NCBI GenBank assembly: GCA_019661865.1
Contig: JAIFWJ010000001.1
Span: 43,290-107,289 of the forward strand
Direction of reading: 5' to 3'
Length of the DNA: 64,000 nt
Source: Candidatus Parcubacteria bacterium
GTDB lineage: Bacteria; Patescibacteriota; Minisyncoccia; Phycocordibacterales; Zambryskibacteraceae
The notes below the pieces were generated by a model. It did not search any database, was not told the origin of the DNA, and saw only the letters and a program-made list of their open reading frames with translations. The position numbers and the translations under genes are program-made. Shown piece by piece: positions 18,072 through 27,096 of this stretch (position 1 is its first letter; each line of letters begins with the position of its first letter).

Positions 18072-18692
18072 ATGACCTACGACCAGACTCCAAAAGAGGA
18101 AGAGATTGAAGCCACTGTCGCCGCTCTCAAGGAGCGCGGCTTCATGCCAGAAGTGCTTGAAAGCAGAGACAGTGCATTAAATAGAATTAAAGAATTAATT
18201 CCTAAGAGCGCATCTGTAATGAACGGAGCATCAGTAACACTACAAGAAATAGGATTTATAGATTACTTAAAGAGTGGAGAGCATGGATGGAAGAATTTAC
18301 ATGAAAACATATTGTCCGAGACAGACTCAGAGAAACAAGCCGAGCTACGCAAGCACTCGGTAGTTTCTGACTTTTACCTCGGAAGTGTCCATGCCCTCTC
18401 GAGGAGTGGGGAAATGGTCATAGCGTCGAATACTGGCAGTCAGCTTCCACACCTGGCCTTCACCTCGCAGAATTTGATACTAGTGGTTGGTTTCCAGAAG
18501 ATAGCTAGAGACTTGCCTAGTGCTCTGGAGCGCTTAGAGAAGTACGTGCTGCCGCTTGAGGACAAGAGACTACTCGCAAGTCCTTATAAGTCTCATACCA
18601 TGCATTCAAAAACTCTTATCCTACACCGAGAGAATCCGATGATGGGACGCAAGGTCCACGTTCTAATAATTAAAGAGAAACTAGGATTTTAA
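18072..18692 (+). CDS. LUD domain (LutC/YkgG-like) protein
   Basis: GASVTL, GSVHAL..GEMVIASNTGSQL, ILVVGFQKI, C-terminal EKLGF. Confidence 0.85.
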   Translation: MTYDQTPKEEEIEATVAALKERGFMPEVLESRDSALNRIKELIPKSASVMNGASVTLQEIGFIDYLKSGEHGWKNLHENILSETDSEKQAELRKHSVVSDFYLGSVHALSRSGEMVIASNTGSQLPHLAFTSQNLILVVGFQKIARDLPSALERLEKYVLPLEDKRLLASPYKSHTMHSKTLILHRENPMMGRKVHVLIIKEKLGF

Positions 18693-18703
18693 AGTAGAGT
18701 CAA

Positions 18704-18729
18704 GTAACGTGCGCCAGTTTTTAACGTCT
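18704..18729 (+). promoter_or_regulatory. ECF-type promoter
   Basis: GTAAC-N16-CGTCT. Confidence 0.65.
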
Positions 18730-18757
18730 CAGCATATATAAGCTAATAGTTAAAAAT

Positions 18758-19282
18758 ATGGCAACAACAATAGTAGGCGTTTTCGACAACCGAGTATCTG
18801 CCGACAGCGCGATAAATGAACTTCGTTCTATAGGGATTCCTGATGCAGAAATTTCTTACATGTACGCTGCACCCGAGGGAGATATAAAAGCTACTCACTC
18901 CACCGGTGAGCGTATGGGTACTCGCGCTGCAAGCGGTGCAGGTACGGGAGCAATCTTGGGTGCCATCGCTGGCTTCGTCGTGGCGAACGGCATCTTACCA
19001 GGACTCGGCACACTCTTCGTGGCCGGACCACTCGCTGCAGCACTTGGACTGACCGGAGTGGCGGCTACCACAGCGGCTGGAGCTCTGACCGGAGCAGCAG
19101 CTGGAGGAATCATTGGAGCATTAAGTGGTCTGGGAGTAAGTGAGTCAGATGCGCGCATGTATGAAGAGCGAGTTAGACGTGGAGGCATACTCTTAGTGGT
19201 GAACTCTGTGGCTGCTAACGCCGCCCGCGAGATTATGAAGAAGTTCGGAGCAGAAGAAATCAGAGAATACAGCGCTGCCTAA
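18758..19282 (+). CDS. General stress protein (YflT/17M-like with glycine-zipper segment)
   Basis: TIVGVFDNR.SA..AINEL, Gly/Ala zipper IPGLG-type LFVAGPLAAALG, YEERVRRGGILL. Confidence 0.8.
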   Translation: MATTIVGVFDNRVSADSAINELRSIGIPDAEISYMYAAPEGDIKATHSTGERMGTRAASGAGTGAILGAIAGFVVANGILPGLGTLFVAGPLAAALGLTGVAATTAAGALTGAAAGGIIGALSGLGVSESDARMYEERVRRGGILLVVNSVAANAAREIMKKFGAEEIREYSAA

Positions 19283-19317
19283 CGAAATCTTAAGAAATAT
19301 AGTGCTCTTTAAGTCTA

Positions 19318-19344
19318 GTAAGAGTCGAAGTGAGGCAGACGTCT
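19318..19344 (+). promoter_or_regulatory. ECF-type promoter
   Basis: GTAAG-N17-CGTCT; shares ACGTCTCAGCATA with the copy at 18724. Confidence 0.65.
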
Positions 19345-19390
19345 CAGCATAAGTGGGGGCACCCACACATTATTCATTAATTACACTAAC

Positions 19391-19561
19391 ATGGCTCAAG
19401 ACAACACAGGTGGTGGAAGGGGATTTGCTTCTATGAGTGAGGAAGAGCGCCGTGAGGCGGCTAGGAAGGGTGGCAAGGCTTCACACGAGAATCGTAGTGG
19501 GAATCGTGATGGTGGCGACAACTCTGACAATAGTGGCAACCAAGGTGGTGAAAACAGGTAA
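19391..19561 (+). CDS. KGG-motif stress-induced small protein (YciG/GsiB-like), 56 aa, absent from ORF track
   Basis: Manual translation MAQDNTGGGRGFASMSEEERREAARKGGKASHENRSGNRDGGDNSDNSGNQGGENR. Confidence 0.9.
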   Translation: MAQDNTGGGRGFASMSEEERREAARKGGKASHENRSGNRDGGDNSDNSGNQGGENR

Positions 19562-19604
19562 GTTGAAACTCGTGTGGGGGCAAACAATAAAGAGGCTCTC
19601 TTTT

Positions 19605-19636
19605 CCTGGAGACTATAAAATGGTTCTCCAGGTTTT
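19605..19636 (+). terminator. Intrinsic terminator after KGG gene
   Basis: cctggagactat-aaa-atggttctccagg followed by TTTT. Confidence 0.6.
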
Positions 19637-19694
19637 GTGCGTATGCTTGAATGTTTAAATAGGCTATCTATAATAGGGGATACTAAATTAAAGT

Positions 19695-20297
19695 ATGCCC
19701 AAAGTACCTTCAAAAGTGTTAGAGAGAGTAGTAGTCGATGAGTCGATTGCGGCGCCAGTAGTGGAGCCGATTTTTATTGCCAAGCCGGGTAGAACCCTCG
19801 AATGGTTCGGTGGTGTGAGCTATGAAAACTTGGAAAGTAAGCTCTCGAGTATAAAGAAGTTGTTAATAGATGATTCGCTTGAGGAGATTCATCTTTTCGT
19901 AAACTCTTTCGGTGGTACTACCGGAATAGGGATGAGTTTTTATGATGCTATGCACTCTATGTATAAACCGAACTTGGTGACCATCGGCTCTGGGGATGTG
20001 GATTCATCGGGGATTATTGTTTTTCTATCTGGGAAAAAGAGGTTTATGACCAGGAATACTACCATGCTCTTCCATCTTGCTGGCAGAACCTTCGGTTATG
20101 ATAGACGCTTCACAACTATAGATATGGAAAACATGCTTCGTGAGGACAGACTGAAGGATTTTCAATATGCATCTGTTGTTTCTGAGGCTACTGGGGGAAA
20201 GCTTTCTACAGAGCGTGTTCTCGACATGATGATGAAGAACACCATCCTAACTCCAGAAGAAGCAGTCCAAATGGGCATCGCCCACAAGGTGCTATAA
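19695..20297 (+). CDS. ClpP-like protease subunit
   Basis: IHLFVNSFGG, VDSSG (Ser), MLFH (His), LTPEEAVQMGI. Confidence 0.8.
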   Translation: MPKVPSKVLERVVVDESIAAPVVEPIFIAKPGRTLEWFGGVSYENLESKLSSIKKLLIDDSLEEIHLFVNSFGGTTGIGMSFYDAMHSMYKPNLVTIGSGDVDSSGIIVFLSGKKRFMTRNTTMLFHLAGRTFGYDRRFTTIDMENMLREDRLKDFQYASVVSEATGGKLSTERVLDMMMKNTILTPEEAVQMGIAHKVL

Positions 20298-20304
20298 TTC
20301 GGAA

Positions 20305-21411
20305 ATGAAGAAGTTTGTCCTCATTTTATTTTTTCTAGCACCAGCTTTCTCTCATGCCACAGTCATTACCAAGCCTTTTGAAGTTTCTGGCTGGATTCCT
20401 TACTGGAGATCGGCTACTGGGACCCAAGAGGCATTAGGACATCTGGACGCATTCACCGAGATTGATCCGTTCGTATATACCGTGAAGGCTGATGGGACAC
20501 TTTATGATGCGGGTGGCATGGATACTGACCCTTGGACAAGTTTCGTCAGGACAGCCCAGTCGAAAAATGTCAGGGTGATCCCCACGATCATGTCCGGAAG
20601 TGGAGAGCATATGGATGCCATACTTACGAGTAAGACTCTTAGAGATGCTCATATCCAAGCTATAGTACAAATGGTTTACTCCCACAACTTCGACGGAGTA
20701 GACATCGATTATGAAGCTAGAAGTCCCTCTACCTCTCCGTACTATTCCATATTTCTCAGAGATTTATATAAAGCTATAGGCAACAAGTGGGTGATGTGCA
20801 CCATAGAAGCTCGCACACCTAAGGACTCGTTAGCAAGAGACCCAAGTATTCCTAACTCTAATGATGATTATAAGGAGCTTAACAAGTACTGCGACAGAGT
20901 GCGTATCATGACCTACGACCAGAGAGTGGTGGACAAGAAGCTCGCGGCAGAGACTTCTGATCCGTACTCTCCTGTGGCTGACCCCAAATGGGTTGAGAAG
21001 GTTATGAAGCTTGCTCTCCAGTATTTTCCCAAGAAGAAGCTTATGCTTGGTATAGCTACTTATGGATACGAGTACGAAGTTACTCCACTGGTGGAAGGTT
21101 ACAAGTACAAACTTCTCTGGGCATTTAATCCACGCTACGCTCTCGACTTCGCCAACACTTCTGGAGTACCAGTTTATAGGAATGCTGCTGGAGAACTCTC
21201 GCTAATATATAGACCAGGAACAGATGGTATACCACCAGTTGCAAACATCTTAGTCGCCCTTCACAGTCCAAGCTTCAGACTGATGTGGTGGTCTGATGCC
21301 CAAGCTATACAAGACAAGGTGGCGCTAGCCAAGAAGCTTGGCATAAGAGGAGTATCTATATTTAAGATAGATGGGGGAGCAGACCCCGGGATGTGGAATG
21401 TATTAGAATAA
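20305..21411 (+). CDS. Secreted glycoside hydrolase family 18
   Basis: Signal peptide, FDGVDIDYE catalytic motif, IMTYD, LGIATYG. Confidence 0.9.
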   Translation: MKKFVLILFFLAPAFSHATVITKPFEVSGWIPYWRSATGTQEALGHLDAFTEIDPFVYTVKADGTLYDAGGMDTDPWTSFVRTAQSKNVRVIPTIMSGSGEHMDAILTSKTLRDAHIQAIVQMVYSHNFDGVDIDYEARSPSTSPYYSIFLRDLYKAIGNKWVMCTIEARTPKDSLARDPSIPNSNDDYKELNKYCDRVRIMTYDQRVVDKKLAAETSDPYSPVADPKWVEKVMKLALQYFPKKKLMLGIATYGYEYEVTPLVEGYKYKLLWAFNPRYALDFANTSGVPVYRNAAGELSLIYRPGTDGIPPVANILVALHSPSFRLMWWSDAQAIQDKVALAKKLGIRGVSIFKIDGGADPGMWNVLE

Positions 21412-21415
21412 AAGA

Positions 21416-21976
21416 ATGAATATATTTAGAAAATCTTTCCCGTTACTTGTAGCTGTGACGTTTGTATTTTTAGGAATATTCGGTGCAATGCAGCAGAGTA
21501 GCAGAAGTTCCGCTAATGATCCTCAAGTAGCTCTGGCCGAGGATGCAGCCAATTACATAGATAACGGAGCTCCACTCCAGTCGTTCTCCCAAGATTCGAA
21601 GACTGAGGTAAGTCAGAGTCTCTCTCCATTTATAATTATTTACGACATCAAGGGTAATCAGATAATGAGTACCGCTCTCCTAAACGGGAAAGACTTCAAT
21701 GTGCCGAAGGGCGTCTTAGAAAGTGTAAAGAATAGAGAAAGCAGAGTGACATGGCAGCCTTCACCAGATGTGCGCATAGCGGCAGTAATAGTGGAAACAG
21801 AGAAAAGCCCAAATGGTGCTACGTATGTACTAGCTGGGAGGTCTCTAAGAGAAGTGGAAGCTAGGATTCACCATATAGGACTTGAGCTTCTATCCGGCTG
21901 GGTAGTTACTATTTTCCTCACTTTGACCTCAGTTTGGTTGGCCTGGAGAAGGAGTTCGGAACCCTTTACAAGCTGA
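21416..21976 (+). CDS. Two-TM protein with extracytoplasmic sensor-like domain
   Basis: TM, NDPQ...RVTWQP...VLAGRSLREVE, TM. Confidence 0.7.
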   Translation: MNIFRKSFPLLVAVTFVFLGIFGAMQQSSRSSANDPQVALAEDAANYIDNGAPLQSFSQDSKTEVSQSLSPFIIIYDIKGNQIMSTALLNGKDFNVPKGVLESVKNRESRVTWQPSPDVRIAAVIVETEKSPNGATYVLAGRSLREVEARIHHIGLELLSGWVVTIFLTLTSVWLAWRRSSEPFTS

Positions 21977-22005
21977 ATGCTTTCCTAGATACTAGTGGGG
22001 TCATC

Positions 22006-22407
22006 ATGAATCCGCGAATATCCATAATTACCTTGGGTGTCAAGGATCTTAGTGTCTCCACGGACTTCTATCAGAGGATGAAGTTTACTCTAAGTCCTTA
22101 CTCTCAGAAGGGGGCCATATCCTTCTTCGAATCTAAATATACTTGGCTTGCCCTATTCCCTAAGGATAAACTTGCAGAAGATGCTAGTGTCTCTGGCGAG
22201 GGGACAGGCTTTAACGGATTCTCACTCGCTCAGAATGTTGCTAATAAAGAAGAGGTAGATAGGGTTCTAGAACTTGCCCGGGCAGAGGGAGCCAAGATCA
22301 CTAAGTCTCCTATGGAGACTGACTGGGGAGGGTACTCAGGATACTTCGCTGACCCAGACGGATACCTCTGGGAGATTGCATACAATCCATTTTTTAAGTT
22401 CGATTAG
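22006..22407 (+). CDS. VOC/glyoxalase family protein
   Basis: MNPRISIITLGVKDL; WGGYSGYFADPDGYLWEIAYNP. Confidence 0.92.
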   Translation: MNPRISIITLGVKDLSVSTDFYQRMKFTLSPYSQKGAISFFESKYTWLALFPKDKLAEDASVSGEGTGFNGFSLAQNVANKEEVDRVLELARAEGAKITKSPMETDWGGYSGYFADPDGYLWEIAYNPFFKFD

Positions 22408-22450
22408 TGTTATAATATAAATAATTAATAGCTAAAATACATAAATTACG

Positions 22451-22690
22451 ATGGGATACAACATTATGTATGGGTATGGCAGACCGGAGCACTTCTTGGG
22501 CGGAATACTGGAACTAGTCTTCTGGGTGCTTATAGTTGTCATTATCCTTAAACTTCTTAGACGCAGGAAGATGGGTGGTTGGGGCCGTTGGGGTGGTAGT
22601 TCAGCCATGAACCTCTTGGAAGAACGATATGTTAAAGGAGAGATAGGTAAAGAAGAATTCGAACAGAAGAAAAAAGATTTAATGAGTTAA
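22451..22690 (+). CDS. SHOCT domain membrane protein
   Basis: TM followed by AMNLLEERYVKGEIGKEEFEQKKKDL. Confidence 0.85.
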   Translation: MGYNIMYGYGRPEHFLGGILELVFWVLIVVIILKLLRRRKMGGWGRWGGSSAMNLLEERYVKGEIGKEEFEQKKKDLMS

Positions 22691-22692
22691 AG

Positions 22693-22717
22693 AAAGCCCC
22701 GCACTTGCGGGGTTTTT
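22693..22717 (+). terminator. Intrinsic terminator
   Basis: aaagccccgca-ct-tgcggggttttt. Confidence 0.75.
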
Positions 22718-22752
22718 CGTAAGAAATATAAAAGGCGGGCGTTCTTAGATAT

Positions 22753-22992
22753 ATGGGTAAGGAAGTGAAAGCAGTAATTGGGGCTACGATGTTTCTAATT
22801 TCAGTAGTGTTCATGATGCTTGTCACACAGCTGTATCGTAATACTCAAGTGGTTAAAGAAGAAAGTGGAGACATTTACTGCACAGCTGAGGTTAGAGTGT
22901 GTCCGAATGGTTCGCGTGTAAGTCGAGTGCCACCTATGTGTGACTTCAAGATGTGCCCCAATGCTAGCCCATCTTCATTAAGTAGTATTTAA
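22753..22992 (+). CDS. Small TM protein with 4-Cys extracellular motif
   Basis: CTAEVRVCPNGSRVSRVPPMCDFKMCP; GTAAG-N16-CGTTCT at 22719-22745. Confidence 0.7.
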   Translation: MGKEVKAVIGATMFLISVVFMMLVTQLYRNTQVVKEESGDIYCTAEVRVCPNGSRVSRVPPMCDFKMCPNASPSSLSSI

Positions 22993-23001
22993 ATTAAATA
23001 T

Positions 23002-23193
23002 ATGCCAACAAAAACTCGAAAGTATAGTAAATCTAGCCAGAGGAAGGTTAAGAAAGTAATGCACGAGTATAAGGAGGGAAAGCTTAAGATAGGAAGGAGT
23101 AGAAAGAAGGTTCGAAGCAGAAGACAAGCCGTAGCCATAGGACTCTCAGAGGCACGTCGTTCTGGAGCTAGGGTTCCTCGCAGAAGCTCATAG
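23002..23193 (+). CDS. DUF6496-like small basic protein
   Basis: KVKKVMHEYKEGKL...QAVAIGLSEARRSG. Confidence 0.8.
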   Translation: MPTKTRKYSKSSQRKVKKVMHEYKEGKLKIGRSRKKVRSRRQAVAIGLSEARRSGARVPRRSS

Positions 23194-23225
23194 AAGATCA
23201 TAGAAGCTAATGTTAAGATAGCTTA

Positions 23226-23762
23226 ATGTCTGCCGACCTTATAAACCGACTAGCTGGAATCTTCACTGTGGTAAGTTTAGTAGTTCTAGCTCTCTGTCTC
23301 TTCTCCTTCTTTCTCTATAGACGAGAGAAGAATCCAGTAATAAAATTTATAGAAAGAAGGGGAGTGGTAGTAGTATTTTCGCTCTCTCTACTTGGGCTGG
23401 TCGGAAGTCTCGTCTACTCTCTAGGGGTTGGATATGCACCGTGTGACCTGTGCTGGTATCAAAGGATCTTTATGTACCCTCTGGTCTTTCTGTTCGGATT
23501 CGATCTTTTAAAGAAGAGAAGCGCCGCACTTCCATATGGACTACTCTTGTCAATTGTCGGATTTTCTATTGCACTGTATCACACCATACTTCAGTCGAGC
23601 ATTGGGGGAAGTCTGCCATGTCCAGCCACTGGTGTCTCATGTGCTCAGAGATTTGTCTTTGAGTTCGGGTTCGTAACCATACCTCTTATGTCTCTTACCA
23701 TATTTTCTTTGATCCTTATGGTACTTTTAGTTCTCTATTTTAATTCTAGGAAGAGGGTATAA
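23226..23762 (+). CDS. Disulfide bond formation protein DsbB/BdbC
   Basis: PCDLCWYQRIFMYP, second Cys pair, FGFVTIPLMS. Confidence 0.9.
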   Translation: MSADLINRLAGIFTVVSLVVLALCLFSFFLYRREKNPVIKFIERRGVVVVFSLSLLGLVGSLVYSLGVGYAPCDLCWYQRIFMYPLVFLFGFDLLKKRSAALPYGLLLSIVGFSIALYHTILQSSIGGSLPCPATGVSCAQRFVFEFGFVTIPLMSLTIFSLILMVLLVLYFNSRKRV

Positions 23763-23796
23763 ATAAAAACGAAATTTAATTTCTAATTAAAGTGAT

Positions 23797-23822
23797 GTAA
23801 GAAGTTTGGACAACTAGCGTCT
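23797..23822 (+). promoter_or_regulatory. ECF-type promoter
   Basis: GTAAG-N16-CGTCT. Confidence 0.65.
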
Positions 23823-23892
23823 TGGGATTTATGACCTCCTCACTACATTCTACTTGGGGGTCGAAGTGTTAATTAAAAACTAAACTAATCTT

Positions 23893-24516
23893 ATGAAATA
23901 CACGATTCCTCTAGTGTCATTAGGATTAGGAATTCTTCTTCTCATTTTCTTTGCTCCCAATGCTCAGAGCACAGTAAATGCAGAAGACATGAAGGTGAAC
24001 ATGGTAAGTGTCACCAGAGCTGACATAGAAGGTAGTGACGATGAGACACCGGTAGTCCTCGTCAGCGCCAAGAATGTTGCCACACTCGATGATCTCCACG
24101 CATATGCTCTAACTGCGCTTAAAGCAGACCAGAAATTGAACTCCATGGTCTTTTACGATGGAGAAGTCAGTGTGACCTACCCAGCACACGGAAGAGCTCT
24201 TGGACTGGTACCGGTGGATATCCAAGTGGAAGCTACTGTAGATTCCCAAGGCAATATAAGCATTAAGTATCCATGGTATCGCTTCAGCATTTCTGCTGAA
24301 ACGGGTAATCTTGAGACCAACCTTAAATCCGAGATCCAGGATGCCACACTGGGTATTGGCTCAGAAGACGCTGGAGCACCTTCGCATATGGCAGCACTTG
24401 CATCAAGAGTATACTCAGTCCTCAGAAAGAATTTTGAATCAGTCGAATCATCTAATGGTTCAGATAGTAGTGTAAGTCCGAGCCCAGTTCAAAATGCTAC
24501 TCTTCAAGTCGAGTAA
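23893..24516 (+). CDS. Exported hypothetical protein upstream of ECF sigma
   Basis: Signal peptide; GRALGLVPV...IKYPWYRF motif. Confidence 0.7.
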   Translation: MKYTIPLVSLGLGILLLIFFAPNAQSTVNAEDMKVNMVSVTRADIEGSDDETPVVLVSAKNVATLDDLHAYALTALKADQKLNSMVFYDGEVSVTYPAHGRALGLVPVDIQVEATVDSQGNISIKYPWYRFSISAETGNLETNLKSEIQDATLGIGSEDAGAPSHMAALASRVYSVLRKNFESVESSNGSDSSVSPSPVQNATLQVE

Positions 24517-24726
24517 GAATTCCGTAGAACTTTTCAAGATCCAGACTTTATGGTGTGTGGATAACATATGCTTGTGTTTTATAGATTGTTACCATAATAT
24601 AATTAACAAAGAGGGTCCGGGGTCTCCATAACACCCATGAATCCATTCACCACACTGGTGTTTGTCTGTCTCGTAGAGAAATAGTATTACGTATGGTGTG
24701 TATTATTGGTTGTATTATTAGTCCCC

Positions 24727-24752
24727 GTAAGGAACTTACCTCTAACACGTCT
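24727..24752 (+). promoter_or_regulatory. Probable autoregulatory ECF promoter (leaderless)
   Basis: GTAAG-N16-CGTCT 6 nt before the sigma ATG at 24759. Confidence 0.7.
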
Positions 24753-24758
24753 CACCCA

Positions 24759-25277
24759 ATGGAAACGCAACCTGTCGAAGCAAGATTCGCAGAGATTTAT
24801 AAAACTGAAGTGGATTCTGTATTCCGCTTCTGCCTTTTACGCACCTCTGATCACGAGTTGGCATTAGATCTAACTCAGGATACCTTTATGCGTTTCTGGA
24901 ATTCGCTATGTCAAGAGAAGATTGTGAAGAACTCACGAGCTTTTCTGTTCGCCATAGCTAGAAACCTCATCATAGACTGGTACAGAAGGAAGAAGGCTAT
25001 TTCCCTCGAATCGCTCCTCTTCGAAGGCGCGGAGGATAAAAATGACTTACTGGCCTCTGCCTCTAAGGTTGAAATAGATGCAGAAGCGAGTTATCTTTTA
25101 AAGAAGATCGCTGAGCTTGATCCTCTCTACAGAGAAGCGGTCTATCTCAGATGTGTCGAGGAGTTAAAGCCCCGGGAGATAGCTGAGGTACTCTCCGAGT
25201 CAGCCAATGTTATCTCAGTACGTATAAACCGCGGATTAAGCCAGCTCCGTAAGCTCTTACACTACGAAAATACATGA
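24759..25277 (+). CDS. ECF RNA polymerase sigma factor
   Basis: Region 2 ALDLTQDTFMRFW...FLFAIARNLIIDWYRR; region 4 LKPREIAEVL..SANVISVRINRG. Confidence 0.93.
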   Translation: METQPVEARFAEIYKTEVDSVFRFCLLRTSDHELALDLTQDTFMRFWNSLCQEKIVKNSRAFLFAIARNLIIDWYRRKKAISLESLLFEGAEDKNDLLASASKVEIDAEASYLLKKIAELDPLYREAVYLRCVEELKPREIAEVLSESANVISVRINRGLSQLRKLLHYENT

Positions 25278-25447
25278 TAAACGATGATTGTCCCAGTGGT
25301 CTCGGATCCATCCGCAAGGTGCGTCTTCCCGAAGATCTAAAGGAGAAAATATACAATAGAATAATGGCCCAAGAAATTTCCGAAAGGAAGGCTTTTTCGT
25401 TTTGGAGGGTAAATTTAGAAAAACTGATTTCTATTTTGAAAGACTAA
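25274..25447 (+). CDS. 57-aa ORF translationally coupled to ECF sigma (possible minimal or truncated anti-sigma)
   Basis: ATGA overlap with the sigma stop; MINDDCPSGLGSIRKVRLPEDLKEKIYNRIMAQEISERKAFSFWRVNLEKLISILKD. Confidence 0.5.
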   Translation: MINDDCPSGLGSIRKVRLPEDLKEKIYNRIMAQEISERKAFSFWRVNLEKLISILKD

Positions 25448-26105
25448 GATCTTTAATCAGATTATCGATAGGATCCCAGAGACCATTTCCATCTGTATCT
25501 CTGTTAGTGGGATCAGTTTTAATACAAGTTGTTGGAGCTCCCACATATGCGCATGTTTCTATTTCATTGTCTAATGTGTCACTGTCAGTATCCCGAGTTA
25601 TGAAGTCAAGGCGTGCCATGGTGTTTTGGTCGGTATCTCGCTTCATAGTGAAGGTAGCCGAATTCTGCTCGAATGTAATGAGCTTCAGATCTCGACCGCT
25701 CCGGACAAAGTATATGAGGCTCCGCACCTTGGCCTTGACTAGGTCTGTCTCCTCGATTTTGTATTCGGTGGTGAGTATCGTCTGGCGAGAGTCATTTAAA
25801 ATATTTGTAAAGTCTAACTTTTTGAGACTGGAGCCCTCCTTGTAAGCCTCGTCCATTCTCTTAAAGCAGTCTGTGGTGCTAGCACTGTTCTCACATGTAG
25901 GTGAGGTCCTATATAGGGTAGAGGACAGAGTTTTCTGATCGTGGTTCTTGGCAGCTATCAGGTATTTCTGGAAGACTCCCCAAGCCTCTTCTCTGGCCTC
26001 CAGAGGAGTCTGGATAATTTCGGGAGCGCTATGCCTAAACTTATAAAACAGGAATCCTGATATTGCTAAGATGAGTATTATGATGATATAACCTGCTTGC
26101 TTCAT
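25431..26105 (-). CDS. Membrane-anchored protein with C-terminal Ca-binding DxDxDG-type repeats
   Basis: TM; DTDSDTLDNEIE and TDPTNRDTDGNGLWD; TATAAT 6 nt before ATG 26105. Confidence 0.7.
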   Translation of the reverse strand: MKQAGYIIIILILAISGFLFYKFRHSAPEIIQTPLEAREEAWGVFQKYLIAAKNHDQKTLSSTLYRTSPTCENSASTTDCFKRMDEAYKEGSSLKKLDFTNILNDSRQTILTTEYKIEETDLVKAKVRSLIYFVRSGRDLKLITFEQNSATFTMKRDTDQNTMARLDFITRDTDSDTLDNEIETCAYVGAPTTCIKTDPTNRDTDGNGLWDPIDNLIKDLSLSK

Positions 26106-26162
26106 GCGTCTATTATACATATTAGAGGTGTGAGATAATAAGCAACACTAATAATAAAAATC

Positions 26163-26675
26163 ATGAAAAGCCTAATCACCTGGATACTCATTATCGTCGT
26201 GCTTGTGGGAGGATGGTATTTATATAAGCGTAATGAAAGTCCCACTCCACTCCCCAATACCACAGACAATACCGGCACGAATTCGACTGATAATGGAAAT
26301 AGTTCTTCCACTCCAAGTACAGTAACTCGCTCTGTCGGAAGTCCAGCTACAGCTAACGACATTGTGGTCACAACTCCCAAGCAGGGGGATAGCATAATTT
26401 CCCCTATAACAGTGACAGGTAAAGCTCGAGGTACTTGGTACTTCGAGGCTAGTGCTCCGGTGGTTATTATAGACACCACAGGTGCCACTTTAGGACAAGG
26501 TACTATACAAGCCCAAAGTGACTGGATGACAACGGACTTCGTACCCTTTAAAGGCACCATTAACTTCACTCATGCTACAGGTACTGTGGCTGGTGCATTG
26601 GTCTTCTTAAATGATAACCCTTCCGGACAAGCCTCAACTTCTAAGTATTTAGTTGTCCCAATATTTTTCAAGTAG
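26163..26675 (+). CDS. Gmad2-type immunoglobulin-like domain protein
   Basis: ISPITVTGKARGTWYFEAS, DWMTTDFVPF, NDNPSG. Confidence 0.8.
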   Translation: MKSLITWILIIVVLVGGWYLYKRNESPTPLPNTTDNTGTNSTDNGNSSSTPSTVTRSVGSPATANDIVVTTPKQGDSIISPITVTGKARGTWYFEASAPVVIIDTTGATLGQGTIQAQSDWMTTDFVPFKGTINFTHATGTVAGALVFLNDNPSGQASTSKYLVVPIFFK

Positions 26676-26707
26676 CACAAAGATCCAAAAGAATATATCC
26701 TGGTTAT

Positions 26708-27085
26708 ATGAGAATCATAAAATGGTTTGATCGACTCGAGGACCAAGTCAGGCATCACTTAAGCGGCTACCCACAACTTTATGCATTTATCGCTGGTGTG
26801 TCGGTGGTGCTTTTCTGGAGAGGAGTTTGGCACTTGGCAGATGACTACGATGTGGGCTCTCTCACTTCTATCATAGTAAGCATAATCCTCATGCTTCTTA
26901 CGGGAACCTTCGTATCCTTTTTCTTGGGTACTAGACTTCTTGTGTCAGGACTTAGAGATGAAAAGAGAATCGACGAAAAGACGCGCGACGAGATTCGTCT
27001 AGAAGAAGATGAAGTGGAAAGACTCCGACACGTCATAAAAGAAATCAAGCACGACCTGGAGGAGATCAAGTCACACTTGCATTAA
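26708..27085 (+). CDS. Conserved two-TM protein with C-terminal coiled coil
   Basis: FDRLEDQVR..LS.YP.LYA...VVLFWRGVWH. Confidence 0.75.
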   Translation: MRIIKWFDRLEDQVRHHLSGYPQLYAFIAGVSVVLFWRGVWHLADDYDVGSLTSIIVSIILMLLTGTFVSFFLGTRLLVSGLRDEKRIDEKTRDEIRLEEDEVERLRHVIKEIKHDLEEIKSHLH

Positions 27086-27096
27086 GCTTGGTGTAG

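Noticed and set aside
19396-19713. ORF-track ORFs 19396-19713(-) and 19437-19658(+)
   Set aside because: Shadow frames of the KGG gene at 19391-19561.
25402-25845. Long antisense or alternate-frame ORFs such as 25402-25845, 9074-9901, 10772-11284, 46678-47259 and 60042-60497
   Set aside because: They overlap well-supported genes and show no family motifs or initiation signals.
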